Shown here piece by piece: positions 23,793-36,100 of a DNA stretch of 64,000 nt (positions are counted from its first letter, which is position 1; each line of letters starts with the position of its first letter). The DNA lies in assembly GCA_965637545.1 (NCBI GenBank), contig OZ281497.1:19096001-19160000 (forward strand). The letters run 5' to 3'. This DNA comes from Phallusia mammillata (taxonomy: Eukaryota). Position numbers and translations under genes: made by a program. Below the pieces are notes generated by a model. The model worked only from the letters and a program-made list of their open reading frames with translations, did no database searches and was not told the DNA's origin.

Positions 23793-24524
23793 CCTATGCA
23801 CCTAACCAGTTTTTTCGTCCACGTTGTTGATTTCTCGAGGGCTGTGTTGCTCAAATTTATTCATAATTTTGTAAAAATTAAAGTGAATTAATCCAAACAA
23901 ATTTATGCACAAAAGTGGATAAATGCATGTGCCTGCTCTAAAAAACACTTTTTTTCGTTAACTGTATGATTTTTATTTGCTTGGGGTAGATTTAGTTCGA
24001 ATTACTTGACTCGTTTTGAGTGGGCCTGCGGCTTTCTTAAAAAACATTACGCATGAAATGACATAGGTGAGCTGTATTTCAAGATCAAGCAGTCGTGCAT
24101 CAGAAAATATTGAACTGGTACAAAGAAAGTAAAGTGGAAATGTGTGCGTTTCTTAACAGAAACTTCGCATAAATAAAAATAGCAAAAAGCTAAAAATACG
24201 ATACAAAACCGAGGCACATTACATGGGCAATCAAACTAAAAATTTGTTTTAGTTACCGGCGTTTGTAGTTATCCTTGCATAAAAGAATAATAGCTCGGGG
24301 GCAATTATTCATAAAAATCTCATAATGCGGCAAGCAGCGATGGTTGAGAACAAACGCGACGATTACGGTACGAAACGATTTCTAATTCCGAAACTGGTTT
24401 CAAACCTTGTCCAACGAGACTAATCACATGAAATGCGCGGTTGCCTTCTATCTAACCAGCAATGTTGTAAGCTGGAAACAAAAAGATTTTGATAAATCTC
24501 TTTGTATATGACTTTTCACACAAT

Positions 24525-25640
24525 TTATCCTATAACCCCTTCTCGTGTCGTGCTTGAACTGGTGGCATTCGCATTCGCGGTGTAAGCACAGTTCATTACG
24601 TAAGACTGGGTGTCGTTGTTTAGCGCTGGAACCGTATCGTTGTCCCAAATGTTTTGTGCGTAGGTTGGGCTAAAGTCGCCAACGACGGTTGTCTCCAGCG
24701 GCATCGTGTTGATGATTTGGAAATTGTTTTTGTCACCCTGGGTAGTAGTACCATCGTTCGTTACAGTAAGGCCTGTTTCGGGTGTTCCGTACGGATTTGT
24801 GTAGCTGCAATTTCGTGAGAAATTATCCGTTCTCCCGTACTGCATATGTGCTCCGGGAAAAGTTTGCTGCACCATCGAGCCAGCGTATGTTGACGTCTCG
24901 GAGCCAGCACCGCCACTTTCGCCTTGTTTCGCAATTCTCCAATAAGCGTCTGCTTCCATTTGATGAATCCTGGCTCGTAGCTTGTGATTTTCACTTTCCA
25001 CAAGTCGGTTTCGCTCCAAAAGCTCTGCGATCTGTCTTTCCAGGCTCAGCATCTTGGCCTTTTTCCGATCACGTGCAGCCTGTGCCGATTCCCGATTCTT
25101 TAACTTTTTGCGCAACTCTTTGTCAGTGACGTGTTCATAGCTCTTTTTCGGTGTCGGAGGCTGTTGTAGTTGACATTGCTGCTGGAGAGTTTCATTTGAA
25201 AGTTCGTTGCACCCTTTGGTAAAAAATCCAACATCCTGACTGTTATGGGGCGGTGTAATATCGAATGATCCACAATTGAAACCAGGCATTGTTACATCGC
25301 TGTTTGGTTTGCAATCTCCGCCCATTTGCTGGTTCACCAATGCAGCATACTGCTCATACGCGTTTCTTGAAGTCTCGTCTTCTTTGGCAAAAGTCGGAAA
25401 GGGCGTAAGTTGTTGATTATCGCTGATTTCCATTTTGTAATTTTGCTGCATCTCTACAGGATTGGAGTTAACGGGAGAGGAAGAAGAACTTGAAGAGGAG
25501 CTGTAGTTTGACGTAACTGTGGATGACTTGGAAGGGGATCTTTGAGACGATGAGGAAGTAGAAGATCTTCTGAAGGCTCCGCTACTGACAGATTCAAAGC
25601 TTGATGTGGCATAATCGTTTAGTTGCCCAGAAACCAACAT
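24525..25640 (-). CDS. XBP1-like bZIP transcription factor, 371 aa, CDS without introns
   Basis: Single ORF. Basic region ELRKKLKNRESAQAARDRKKAKM closely resembles XBP1 (LRRKLKNRVAAQTARDRKKARM) and is followed by a leucine zipper. Ser-rich and Gln-rich N-terminus. Orthology versus paralogy is uncertain, so no symbol is given. Confidence 0.88.
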   Translation of the reverse strand: MLVSGQLNDYATSSFESVSSGAFRRSSTSSSSQRSPSKSSTVTSNYSSSSSSSSSPVNSNPVEMQQNYKMEISDNQQLTPFPTFAKEDETSRNAYEQYAALVNQQMGGDCKPNSDVTMPGFNCGSFDITPPHNSQDVGFFTKGCNELSNETLQQQCQLQQPPTPKKSYEHVTDKELRKKLKNRESAQAARDRKKAKMLSLERQIAELLERNRLVESENHKLRARIHQMEADAYWRIAKQGESGGAGSETSTYAGSMVQQTFPGAHMQYGRTDNFSRNCSYTNPYGTPETGLTVTNDGTTTQGDKNNFQIINTMPLETTVVGDFSPTYAQNIWDNDTVPALNNDTQSYVMNCAYTANANATSSSTTREGVIG

Positions 25641-27024
25641 CTTTCATTCATTTGTTTACTTCACATTAACAGTATTTATGATAGTTATATATTTCCATTT
25701 GGTTACCCAATAAATACATAAATATCTGCAACAGTAAGATTAAAAACATAATCTACGTCTATAATAACAAAGTTGTCAATAATCAGCACTACACCGCAAC
25801 GATTTCCAAACAACTCTCTTTGCTTACTAGAATCAAGTCAATAAAGCTATTTATAAACGCGTTTTCCACAAGGGCGTCTATCTCTATTAACATCATCGAA
25901 AAATATTCTGCCCAGTGTCAAGGCCAGGGCATCAAGTTCTTGCCAGGCAAGTTAATGGAACGGCAGCTTCTTAATGGAACATCTGAGAACGGTTACAAGG
26001 GCAGCGAAAGCAGCGCAACCGGACTTCTAATCGCGCGACGCCTGTAAACAGATCTATAATTCCCCTCGTAACTGCCTGCATCTCGCTTCATCCGCTCTCC
26101 ATCGCTGTTAAGTATTGGTTACATTGCGTTCAAAAGGGACCGTCTAAAATGGCCAAAAAGCCCCGGGTGCTGCGACGCTGCTGAATTCGATGAGATCCCT
26201 GGTTAGCCGATCGCCCGTATCAATCTCATCGTGTGTCTTCGATTTTAAACATGTCACACGGCTATTTTTACGACGATCTCGTTAATTTAACGGCTGTTAC
26301 TTTTATGAGCGCCGGTATGTACCCTGCGATAGCCACATTAAACATATTTGTCCAGTCGCTGCCTAACCATTCTCTGCACGATATGCAACACAAACTTCGT
26401 GCTAGAAATATTCTGCTGCAAACCACAGTTCAACTCTGTAGGCTATGTTTTTAATGTAAGCTTAGCTTAACCGCGGAAGTCGTTTTTTTAAAATAACATA
26501 TTTCCTCCATGGACGACATGGAAAAAACAAAGTTGACTTAATTTTATCTGAATAAAGTGTGTAGTCTTAACAACTGAGAAAAGTATAAAAAGAAATCCGA
26601 TAAAGTATGTTTTAACAACCAAACAATGCAGGTATCTAAGCTACAATATAACAAGCGGTGATCTGCAAATTATTATTAAAACTAAACTTTCGTCAAACTG
26701 ATGCCTTGCTTGAAATTTACATTAGTTTTTTTTCTCAACTTTTTGTCGAATTTCTCTTAAATTTAAGCCCTCTACATAAATTAATATTTTTTTACAATAC
26801 TGCCGCTTTCGTGTAATCTCAGTTACTATCACTGCTACCGGTATTAGTTGAACAGCGTTATGCACCAAACAAATTGCTCCAGTCCGCTGGGCACTTCTAA
26901 AACAACTATAAAAAGAAGAGCAACGCATGCGGGGCTGCGGGCTCGACAGTTTTACTCCATAACGCCACCTTACGGGGGCTTTTTTATTACAGCATGAAAG
27001 AACGAACAATCATTTTATTCTAAG

Positions 27025-27203
27025 AATGGAAAGTATTTTCCTTGTAACGAAATCTGACGATGAATATCTTGGAATATATATATTTCGCCTAATGGCATCT
27101 TCAGTTCCTTAAGAATCACTGAAGATGCCATTAGGCGAAATATAAATAGGCTATTCCAAGATATTTATCGTCTGATTTCGTTACTAGGAAAATACTTTCC
27201 ATT
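27025..27203. repeat. Long near-perfect inverted repeat (hairpin), ~81-86-bp arms, 12-nt loop
   Basis: Left arm 27025-27105, loop TCCTTAAGAATC, right arm 27118-27203. Three substitutions and one small asymmetric bulge. Confidence 0.92.
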
Positions 27204-27601
27204 ATTAGTTATTGAATTAAATAAACAGTGATCGTCGATGACCATGCTGTCTGTTGAAGAGTTAGATACTGTTCAGTTCAAATACTCACAGTTCATTTTA
27301 TTATATTTTATCTTGTTAATTTGTTTGAGTTAAATAACCGTTTATTGCAATTTGCAAGCAAGTAGAATTTCAAAAATACAAGTCAACTTGCACTTGAAGA
27401 GCATTGGAAATCCTTTAAAAATCTATCTGCAAATAACCAGGTTTCAGTGAAGTTCAACAATAAAAAGGCAAAATTACTTTAACGGACGATAAAATCTGAC
27501 GTTTGTTAAGAAACTATGCGTACATTTATAGAAGCCAAACTACTCCACCCTATAATGCGACATAAACAACGTTTTCCACAATCAGGCACCTTTGTCACGC
27601 A

Positions 27602-27634
27602 TGACGTCATATGTTAATTAATGATGTGACGTAA
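27602..27634. promoter_or_regulatory. Paired CRE/ATF-type motifs
   Basis: TGACGTCA at 27602-27609 and TGACGTAA at 27627-27634, between the divergent bZIP and PDZRN genes. Motif match only. Confidence 0.3.
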
Positions 27635-30130
27635 TCATATGTAGTCCCGAAAGAACCTGTGCTGACAAATAGCGTTAGCAACAAAATCATCCAAAATAGT
27701 TATAAAGAGCATCAGACAATCAGAACTTTTAATTTCACAAATTTAAAAAGGCATCGTCAGTTTAAGTCTTATTTAGATAAACAATGAAAATCATTGATGC
27801 ATTTAACTCTTTCGTTTAAGACTTCTTAAAAGAGCTTCTCTTTACTACCACCTGCCGACAAACAAATGATGTTTCACAACAAATATTGTAAACTGTGGAA
27901 AAAATAACGTGCATATTAAGGAATGTTGCCCTGTCAAAAATCACATTGATCCATCGAGACACTTTTTTTCATTACTATACTAAGTAATGTCGCATGACAA
28001 TCGAATTTAATTACTAACGCTATCATCTATTCCATATAATACATTTTCCTTTTACTTTTTTATATTAATCATTGTGTCTTGATGTTGGTTACCATAGTAT
28101 AAGGTGTTATAGTCGCTTTTAATTTTCGAAATATATACGTTTGAGAAAAACTTCATTCACAGAGTGACAACTTGTCGTGTCACTAGAATTGCTCTCAAGT
28201 TCACGACCTTTCTTACGTGTCAGCATCTGTCCTCTCACGAAGCGCATCTCGAATGCATCACAAACAAACACGACGATTATCGATTAAGCTTACACTTCGA
28301 GACGGTATGTCGGCAACCTTTGAGTTGTTACCTTTGACTTTGACCCAAATATGTGAGTATTAATTTTGCCGTGTGTTCTGCGATAATGCGATTAGGTCAA
28401 ACAACAAAATTTCCTCGTGTTTGGTTCTAGCTTCAAAGCCTTTAAACGTGAACTATATTTAGCGATTGGTGGAAATGTAATTATAATTGGTGTGCCGTTG
28501 GGTTTAACAATATGACATTGTATGGGAATGGGACAGTATAGTAGTAACTTTACTTAAATACGATATGTAAGAGTTACAGTTGTATATTCGTCATATGGAC
28601 ACGCCCTGGTCGTTTGAAGTAACAGACAAAAGCCAGGCGCCTTTCTCCCATTTAGGTACTGCACTAAACTATTCGTAGTGATCTATCAGTATCAAAAAGC
28701 CGTCCTTTATTCGAGCTATACAGCGTTTTATAGTAGGTATGACATAATGGCTTGGACTGTAATCACTGGGATCGCATTTCTAACCATGCGTTATAGAGAG
28801 GTGGCCCATTCTCCTGCAATCAAGCCTTGATACAGAAACATAGAACAGGGTCAGAATTGCAGATTTAGCAACGTTTTATAATGTGATCGTAGAAGGTAAT
28901 ATACTTCGTATGCTGTGTAAATTATGTAGCAAATGCTGTAGACAGAACCTGATAAAGAAAATGGTACTGAATATTCTTTAGGTTTTAAGCCTAAAAAACG
29001 TTGTATGGCTTGTTTTGAAACATAAAAGCAATAGTGTTTTTAAAAGCAAAACAATAAAACACAAAATTAAGTCTACTCTACATGCGGGTATATGCGTAAT
29101 TGCCTGAAAAGAAAGTTAAAAAATGTGTTTCTGCTTGCATCTGGAACACGTTTGCCAACGGGACTAGAATCAAGTCCATTACCTAAATTTTTAAAATGTA
29201 AGGTATTTTAAGTCGTCTTTCGCAAAAAAAGCTTTATGAACGGATTTCAACAACAAACCATTGTAAAAAGTGTAAATGACTATTTAATCTAATGTAATCT
29301 TTTAACTAATGTACGTATATATACAACATACAAAGAATCTGAAGGTCAGTGACAGAAATTAATTGGCGAAATCATAAAGACGACACCCCAAAACGTGATT
29401 TCTTTAGAAACACGAAGTGAACGGTGCGAGACGACAGTTGGAGACATAAAGTCATTTAGAATTTTCTAATCGCTGAACTTCAACTATTTTCCTTTGACAC
29501 CGGTATCGGTGCTCACCCAATTCATTTGAATACGCGAGCAAACTAGGCAAGATTAACGCAAAGACAATGCAGCAAATGAGGGCACGCGAGCCATAAGCAA
29601 ACAAGCAAAGAATAGAGTTGGGTGCGCTCCTTTACAATGAGTGGAACTGCATAGAGGGAGGTTTCGATGGCAACGAAGCGTCGTTCCTGTTTCTCGGCCC
29701 CCTTGTCTGCCTTTTTCTTCGCCGTGCTCACTGCAAGTCTCCATTGTGCAGAACAACTTGATGCTGCAGCGCGCCTACTCGAACTTGCATGCGCTAGAAC
29801 GTTGATTAAACGGCGCAGCTTTAATGGCATACCAGCGGGTTTACCAGTGAGAGTCTTGTGGCAGGATGGGAAAATAGTAACTTATCATAATTGAACAGTA
29901 CAAAGTAGTTTTGCAGAAAATGAAAGCATGTTAAGCCTTTTTTTCGGGATATACTTGCAGGTAACGCAAAACATGTGAAAATGCGCACTTAAAAGCAATT
30001 ATGGGGCAACAGCTGTTTTGTTGGTCGAGGTAGATGTTAAGCAAGTCAATGCAATAATTCATTTAATCCGATATTATTTTCTTAGCATTAAGTGGCGGTT
30101 CAACAACATATGACCACTTTGCTAGTTGTA

Positions 30131-33100
30131 ATGGGTTTTCCTTTGCACCTTTTTGATTCTGGTCTTGACGATTCCTATCTGTGCTGGATATGCAAGCAAG
30201 TTCTCGACAATCCTCTTGCCGTTCCGTGCGGACATGTTTTTTGTTCCTCTTGCGTGGAGCCTTGGGTTACCAAATCCAACTCATGTCCTTGTGATTGTGA
30301 CGGTAAAGTTGCCATCTCCGATCTCAACCAAGTACAGCCTCTAGACACACTCATAGGAAAACTGACCAGCAAGTGCTCAAACCATGACAAGGGTTGTCAG
30401 TTTTCCGGACAACTGCGTGACGCTAAATTGCACTTGAAAGTTTGTCCTTTCGCAACTCCAATCACTGAACCGGTATCAATTGGCCAAAGTTCAGTATCTT
30501 GTGCTTCTGAGCAAACTATGGACGATATTGAAACTATAGACAGTTTGAAAAAGCGTGCAAAAGAACTTAAGGAAGAGATCCAATCCCTTAAAAGCCAACT
30601 TGAAGAACAAAACAGCGCCAAAGTTTATAGTTCAGGGAATACCAAGTACGCAGAGGATATGGTGAAAGAAGATTCAATACATCTAAGCAAAGAGGAATAT
30701 AACATTTTGCAAGTAAGTAAATCGCATGGATTGGTGGTTTATTAGCTATATTGCATGGTTATGTAAAATATTCGGAGTTTTTTTCAAAATGGTTACGAAT
30801 AGGAATGCCATGGTGACATTCAAAAGTTACATAAAGTTATCAATTTTTTTGCGAATTTTATTTTTCGTTTGTGTGGGGATCGCGTATAGTGGTGTAGTGT
30901 ACTGGATCCTTGCGGGAATGATTTATGGTCACCGTGCAGGTCCCGAAACCGCGTTGCACGTATGTGGGGGTATATAAAACTTATCACGCACATCTCAAAC
31001 TGTCCCCTGAAGCGACGGGCCTGCCACTCTCCATGCACCTCGCTACACTCTTTCTTCCCTTGATTACCGAGTCAAAGGTTATTTCGCACAAATCGGGTTG
31101 TCAGAAAAATCGCCCTTCCCATGAAGCTCGGGTGCATTTTTGCGATCTTTATCTGATTGCAACATGCTCATTAGAGCCAGTCGATTTTATCCAAGTCCAC
31201 GGACAGTTAAAGACCGTTGGCCGACGCCGCGTTTATTGACTTGCGCAATCTTCGGCCATTGGCGTGTGGCCATCGACTTCAAAGTGATTTGCGTTTGTTC
31301 GTGATCAGCAGCTAGATAACGCAATCGACCTCATTTGGAGCAATTCTGTACAGCGCCGCACGGCCAACAAACAACGTTAAAAAGGCATCCAGTGTGCTAT
31401 CACATCTACTTGCTAACCCGTTGCTGACTTTTGCACAAGGCGCCAGCATTACCAGCAGTTCAGGATTCGTCTTGCCACCGGCTTATTTTCGCAACTGCGC
31501 AAATTAATCCTTCAAGCGGGTTTAGCGTCCTGATAAGCCAATGAAAATATTTCAAGTCACATAGTTATCGTTTGGAGTTGATCCTGGAGGCGCTGGTCAA
31601 TCCGCCGATCCGGAAACTTGGTCGGATCCTAAACTGGCTTAACCCAATTTGTCGCAACGCTCGCACTGCGGGGTTTTATGACACCACATGACAATCGCCT
31701 TTGACCCTGTATTGTATTTTGCTCCACCGTCACGTGATGTATGATCAGCACGCGCCAGCGCTTAACAGTTATGCCTTTCAAAGTCAAAATGTCAAGCATT
31801 TACAACATGTGAAAAGTGTAACTCTCTCATGAAGGACGTAAATTTAACGTATGTCCTTTATAACAATAAACTGATGAAAAACCAAAATGGTTTGTTGTGG
31901 AGTAAGCATAAAGTTGTATTGTGTTTTGGAATACAGACGCTAATGCTTCGCACAAAACCTTAAGCAAATTTAACGCCGACCGCAAATTGGAATCGCTGAC
32001 AAGTTTACAACTCATGGCGTCAGAGGGCTTTTTACTGTAAAATGGTGCAAATTATATGTATTTTACGTAAACAGTGCTTGACGTTTCGCCTGGCACCGGA
32101 AATATCAAAACTCCCGAAATCACAACAGTTTTTCACAGTTTGAATAGTTCATTGAACTTGGTCTCATTTGCCTTCGGTAGACACTGGGCGCATAGTAAAA
32201 GCTTGCGTTGACGCGTGCAAGACGGTACGACGCCCAGTTTGACAACTCAAAAGCGTGATTGACGGCCCACTGGATCTTCTGCACAAATATCGTGCCTTGT
32301 GTGCGAAAGCGAACTTCTTCTCTGCCGCGTGTTGGTGTTGTTTGCCCTGAAAACATATTGTCCCGTGCGGGCGGGCCTTACAACTTGCGGTTGGTGTATT
32401 TAAGGTGCGATAATCCATCTTATCAGACCTCAATCGCCTTGCCTGGTGATTTACCAATAAAATATTGAATCAGCATAGAATTTCGACACCTGGAGATTTT
32501 TTTGTGGTTCGTTTATGTTCGTAAGTTTGACATTTGCAGCAACAACTTTCAGCCTTCGTGTTGTGGTTAGTATAGTCGAAGTGCAGGCTTTAGAGGGAGG
32601 CCACACGCAGTTTGAAAAACAAACCATCGTGATCTGTCTAGATTTGTTTTGAAAACGTCAGAAATTTCCACTTGAGCTCCTGTGTGCAATGATCTTTGCC
32701 CTCGAGATCGTTGACACCAAGGATAGATGGCCTGTCTCGTTAACTGTAGCAACTTGGCTGTCTATTTTGTGTTGAACAGGAGCGGATTTCGAAGGTTTTT
32801 GTTGCTAAGCCGAAAGCAGGTCCTGTGGGTTTGGTTAAATACACGTTCGGAAGGTCAAGTGGCGTGTTTGGAATGCTTGAGGATTTCGAATTTAAGAAAA
32901 AACAAAGTTGCTTTAAACACCAATTTACAAAAGGCAGCACATTCCGAAATTGCGTACTCCTGCTATTGGAAACCTAAACGCCTCTTACAGGCATTCGTAG
33001 GATTTCACTCATCCATCACATCAGGACAAGCGGCTCACTATTGGGTTTAGTATCAATATCGGGTTTAGCATAAACAACGGGCAAGCGCCAATTGAACAGA

Positions 33101-36100
33101 GTAAGACAGCTGCCTTGGCAATCTCCGGCCCACAACTATGCAAGGGATGGAGAAGCGGCTCTGGGTTTTGTTTGTGGTCGCAACTCGGAGCCGTGTACTT
33201 ACTTTAAATCCGCGCAGGTGTTTTGGAAATACTGATGTAATGCATGCCTGAACCCAGGGCACTAGCGATATTGCATTTGTAGCTGACATAGCGTCGCATT
33301 TTCGTCACCTTGACCACCTGTGCCAACAGCCTTAATATTGTTGTGTAATTTAACCAGTTTGAAGCGTCCCGTCGAAGCGCTTTAGGTTGGCATTATTTCA
33401 GAAAAAAATGACCTTGAGGGGTGGCCTCCTGTAATTTCTTCTTCCGGTACATTGCTCAATGAACCAGATGTCGTCATGAAATGGCAATGATGTTTTTTAT
33501 TACATGCAATTATGTTGTAAAGTCGGGGGCGTGTCGCTTGTAGTTCCTCGCCATTTAAAAACCGCGCACCGTGGTTCTTGGGCGTCGCCTCGTCTTGCTA
33601 GTAAGTTTGCCTATGTTTTCTACCAGGCATCTGACGTTCCCACGCACACTCCATTTCGCTATAGCGAGAATTTGAAATCAGCCTAGATGTGTTGAAATTC
33701 GCTTGCGTCAAGATCATTAGTGAAGAAACGTTGACACAGCGTATTTTCCCATGGGTGCGACGTTGTTACTGCCCGTTGGGATCGCCCACACGGAGAAATT
33801 TAACTTAGTTTCGCACGCAGAGGGCAGGTGGAATGCCCGACATTTATGCTCATTTCCATTAGTCACCGTTAAATGACTTTGTCAAATAATAAATCCATGC
33901 GACAACAAAGCATGGGGCCGCTACTGTGCTGTGCTACCAGCCCTGACCCTTGTGTAACTAATTATTGACGTGCGGCGCCGATATTTGACCCTTGTTTTTT
34001 ATCAATCGCCACACATGCGCGATGTTATCATCAAAAGCGGCTTCGGGGCGTGACGATTTTATTGCGGCGACGACCTGTTCGTCTGACGTCTGCCGGGGAC
34101 GCTTGTACGAAGCGATAAAACAATTCCCGCTGCCAAACGCTTCTGAGATATACCCCGTCGAAGATGTTTCTGTTTTCAACGCGCGGAAGGGTCGAAACTC
34201 AAACCCTCAACTGTTGTTTCAATGAGGCTTGGTGCTGCCGAGCCAAGTGGTTAAGGGAGATTTGCTTGAGTACAGAGAATCTTGAACGATAATCTCAGTT
34301 CAAGCTTCGGCGGCCTGCTGACGGCGGGGTAAATATAATGAAGGTGCGATGTTATCTGCACACCTCTTCACTTTGTTTGTTTTGAACATCGACACGCTCA
34401 AGTGTAAAAATAGTTGCGTGCCGAGAAGCCTTATGCAACGAGTCAGAGTAGAGTGAAATAGCGATTAAAAATGTAGCACGATATTCCCTTTACACGTCGT
34501 CCCGAGTTCAATACGTGTTTATGGCCACCAAACTTCCAATTTAAATGTCTGTATGGACCCAGCGTCCTTTCGCAGTTGCGGAAATACGTTCCAATAATCA
34601 TGTTTGCGAGATTTATTTGCTCGGTACGATTCGAATAGTTTGCGCAGTCTCGCGTTCACCATTCACAATCGCCAGTTTGCGCTTCGAATATGCGACAATA
34701 ATCGCATCGGCAATCGTATTAGTATGTGTTTACCCCGAGTTTCCGACGCTGCTCCGTTTCACCCTCACCTTAAGTCAATATTTTGAGAAAATACTCGAGG
34801 AAAAATCGAAGGACGTTCAACTTTTCGCGCAAACTCATACGATTTACTCGCGTCGCTTAAATCTATCTCTCGGGTGTGCGGCCTCGTCGAGTGTTTATTC
34901 TCGCTATTATATCATCTGCGGATCGCTGAGGCTTAATTTACTGCCTATGTACACAAGCTGAATGGGCTGCTGTCTTGCGGGAACCAATTACGCAGAGCAA
35001 CTAAAGTCATCGAGAAATTGTTTCGACGAGATTTATCGCCATTAGCCTTTCTGCAAGTACTTTTGTTTTGTTGCCGCAGGGTGATGCTAAAGAGCATTGT
35101 GTCGCCTGTCCAGTAACAGGACAGAACCGAGGTGGACTTGTGCGTGCGAAGGCCCATGGCTCGCGTGACACAGGCTAGTGGAATTGGGATGGAATTACGC
35201 TCAGTAATACAACTGTTTGATCAATGCTCGTATATATGTCATTGGCGTACGCCGTCGCATTTCCCTTGTTTTGATTATTGCGCGTCGAATTGACTCGGGT
35301 ACCAGTCGTTATTTTGTGCCCATTGTCCGTCGTGCTGGTTGTGCCTACAAGAGGCGCCACATTCGAGAGCCGCGGAGGATCGCGGACAAGATTTACCGCG
35401 GCCTGACAGGAATTCCCTGTGGGTTGCCTGCCGTCGCGTATTTCATGTATTATTGGCCTTACAGTTTATTTACCAGGATATATATAAATGCACAGAGGTG
35501 TATTAGGCGAGATCGCGCAAATGGTCGTGTGTTTACAAGCGGCGACGCGATGGTGGGACCCTCACGACAACAGTCTGCTAAACAGTCGGTCGCCAGAGGC
35601 ATCGGCAATCGCCACCCAACGCGCAGTGTTTGCTTTGGTCGTCGCATTGCATTAATAGCCTGTTGGGATGCATCCCTTGCATATTTCTACGTTTAAAGCA
35701 ACAAAGCTCAGCAAATCGTAAATTCCGCAACATTGCGGGTTTGGGAAACCGTCTGCGAAACGCTGCGCTGTTTTGTTTGCTTTATATTTCCAATTGCGTC
35801 ATTCCCGCATTGCTCGTATCATCATTAAAAACTTTCCGTTAAAACTGTTGCGGCAATAGACGGGTTGAAAATACCATATTTGATGAATCCATAGCTGGTG
35901 TTTTCCCCACACGTGACCTTGCCTGGGTGCAAGCGCGACGTGTTTATTGAAGAGCGTTAAAACGGCGATCCAATCGGCATGTTACTTGTTGATCGACATA
36001 GTGATAAAAACATTACACCAGGCGTTTTCTCCTTCCTGAATATCAACTGCCAAGTTACCAATGAAGGCTACACGTACCTGTACAAACCATGCGTGGTGCC

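Noticed and set aside
25178-25184. CAGCAGC (on - strand) as an IRE1 cleavage loop
   Set aside because: No flanking stem, no partner loop, and it lies upstream of the bZIP rather than downstream.
29543-29894. Overlapping ORFs upstream of the PDZRN start
   Set aside because: No homology recognised. More likely 5'UTR or promoter sequence, with a plausible UTR intron at 29961-30085.
33025-33100. Candidate PDZ1 exon DKRLTIGFSINIGFSINNGQAPIEQ with a GTAAGA donor
   Set aside because: Only vague resemblance to LGFNIIGG, a weak acceptor, and a phase-1 end with no partner exon found.
35217-35696. 159-aa ORF, and other 100-170-aa ORFs between 31 and 61 kb (e.g. 36243-36635, 38364-38876, 47856-48278)
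   Set aside because: No recognisable domains, Arg/Cys/Ser-rich composition typical of random GC-richer intron DNA, and no coherent splice chain.
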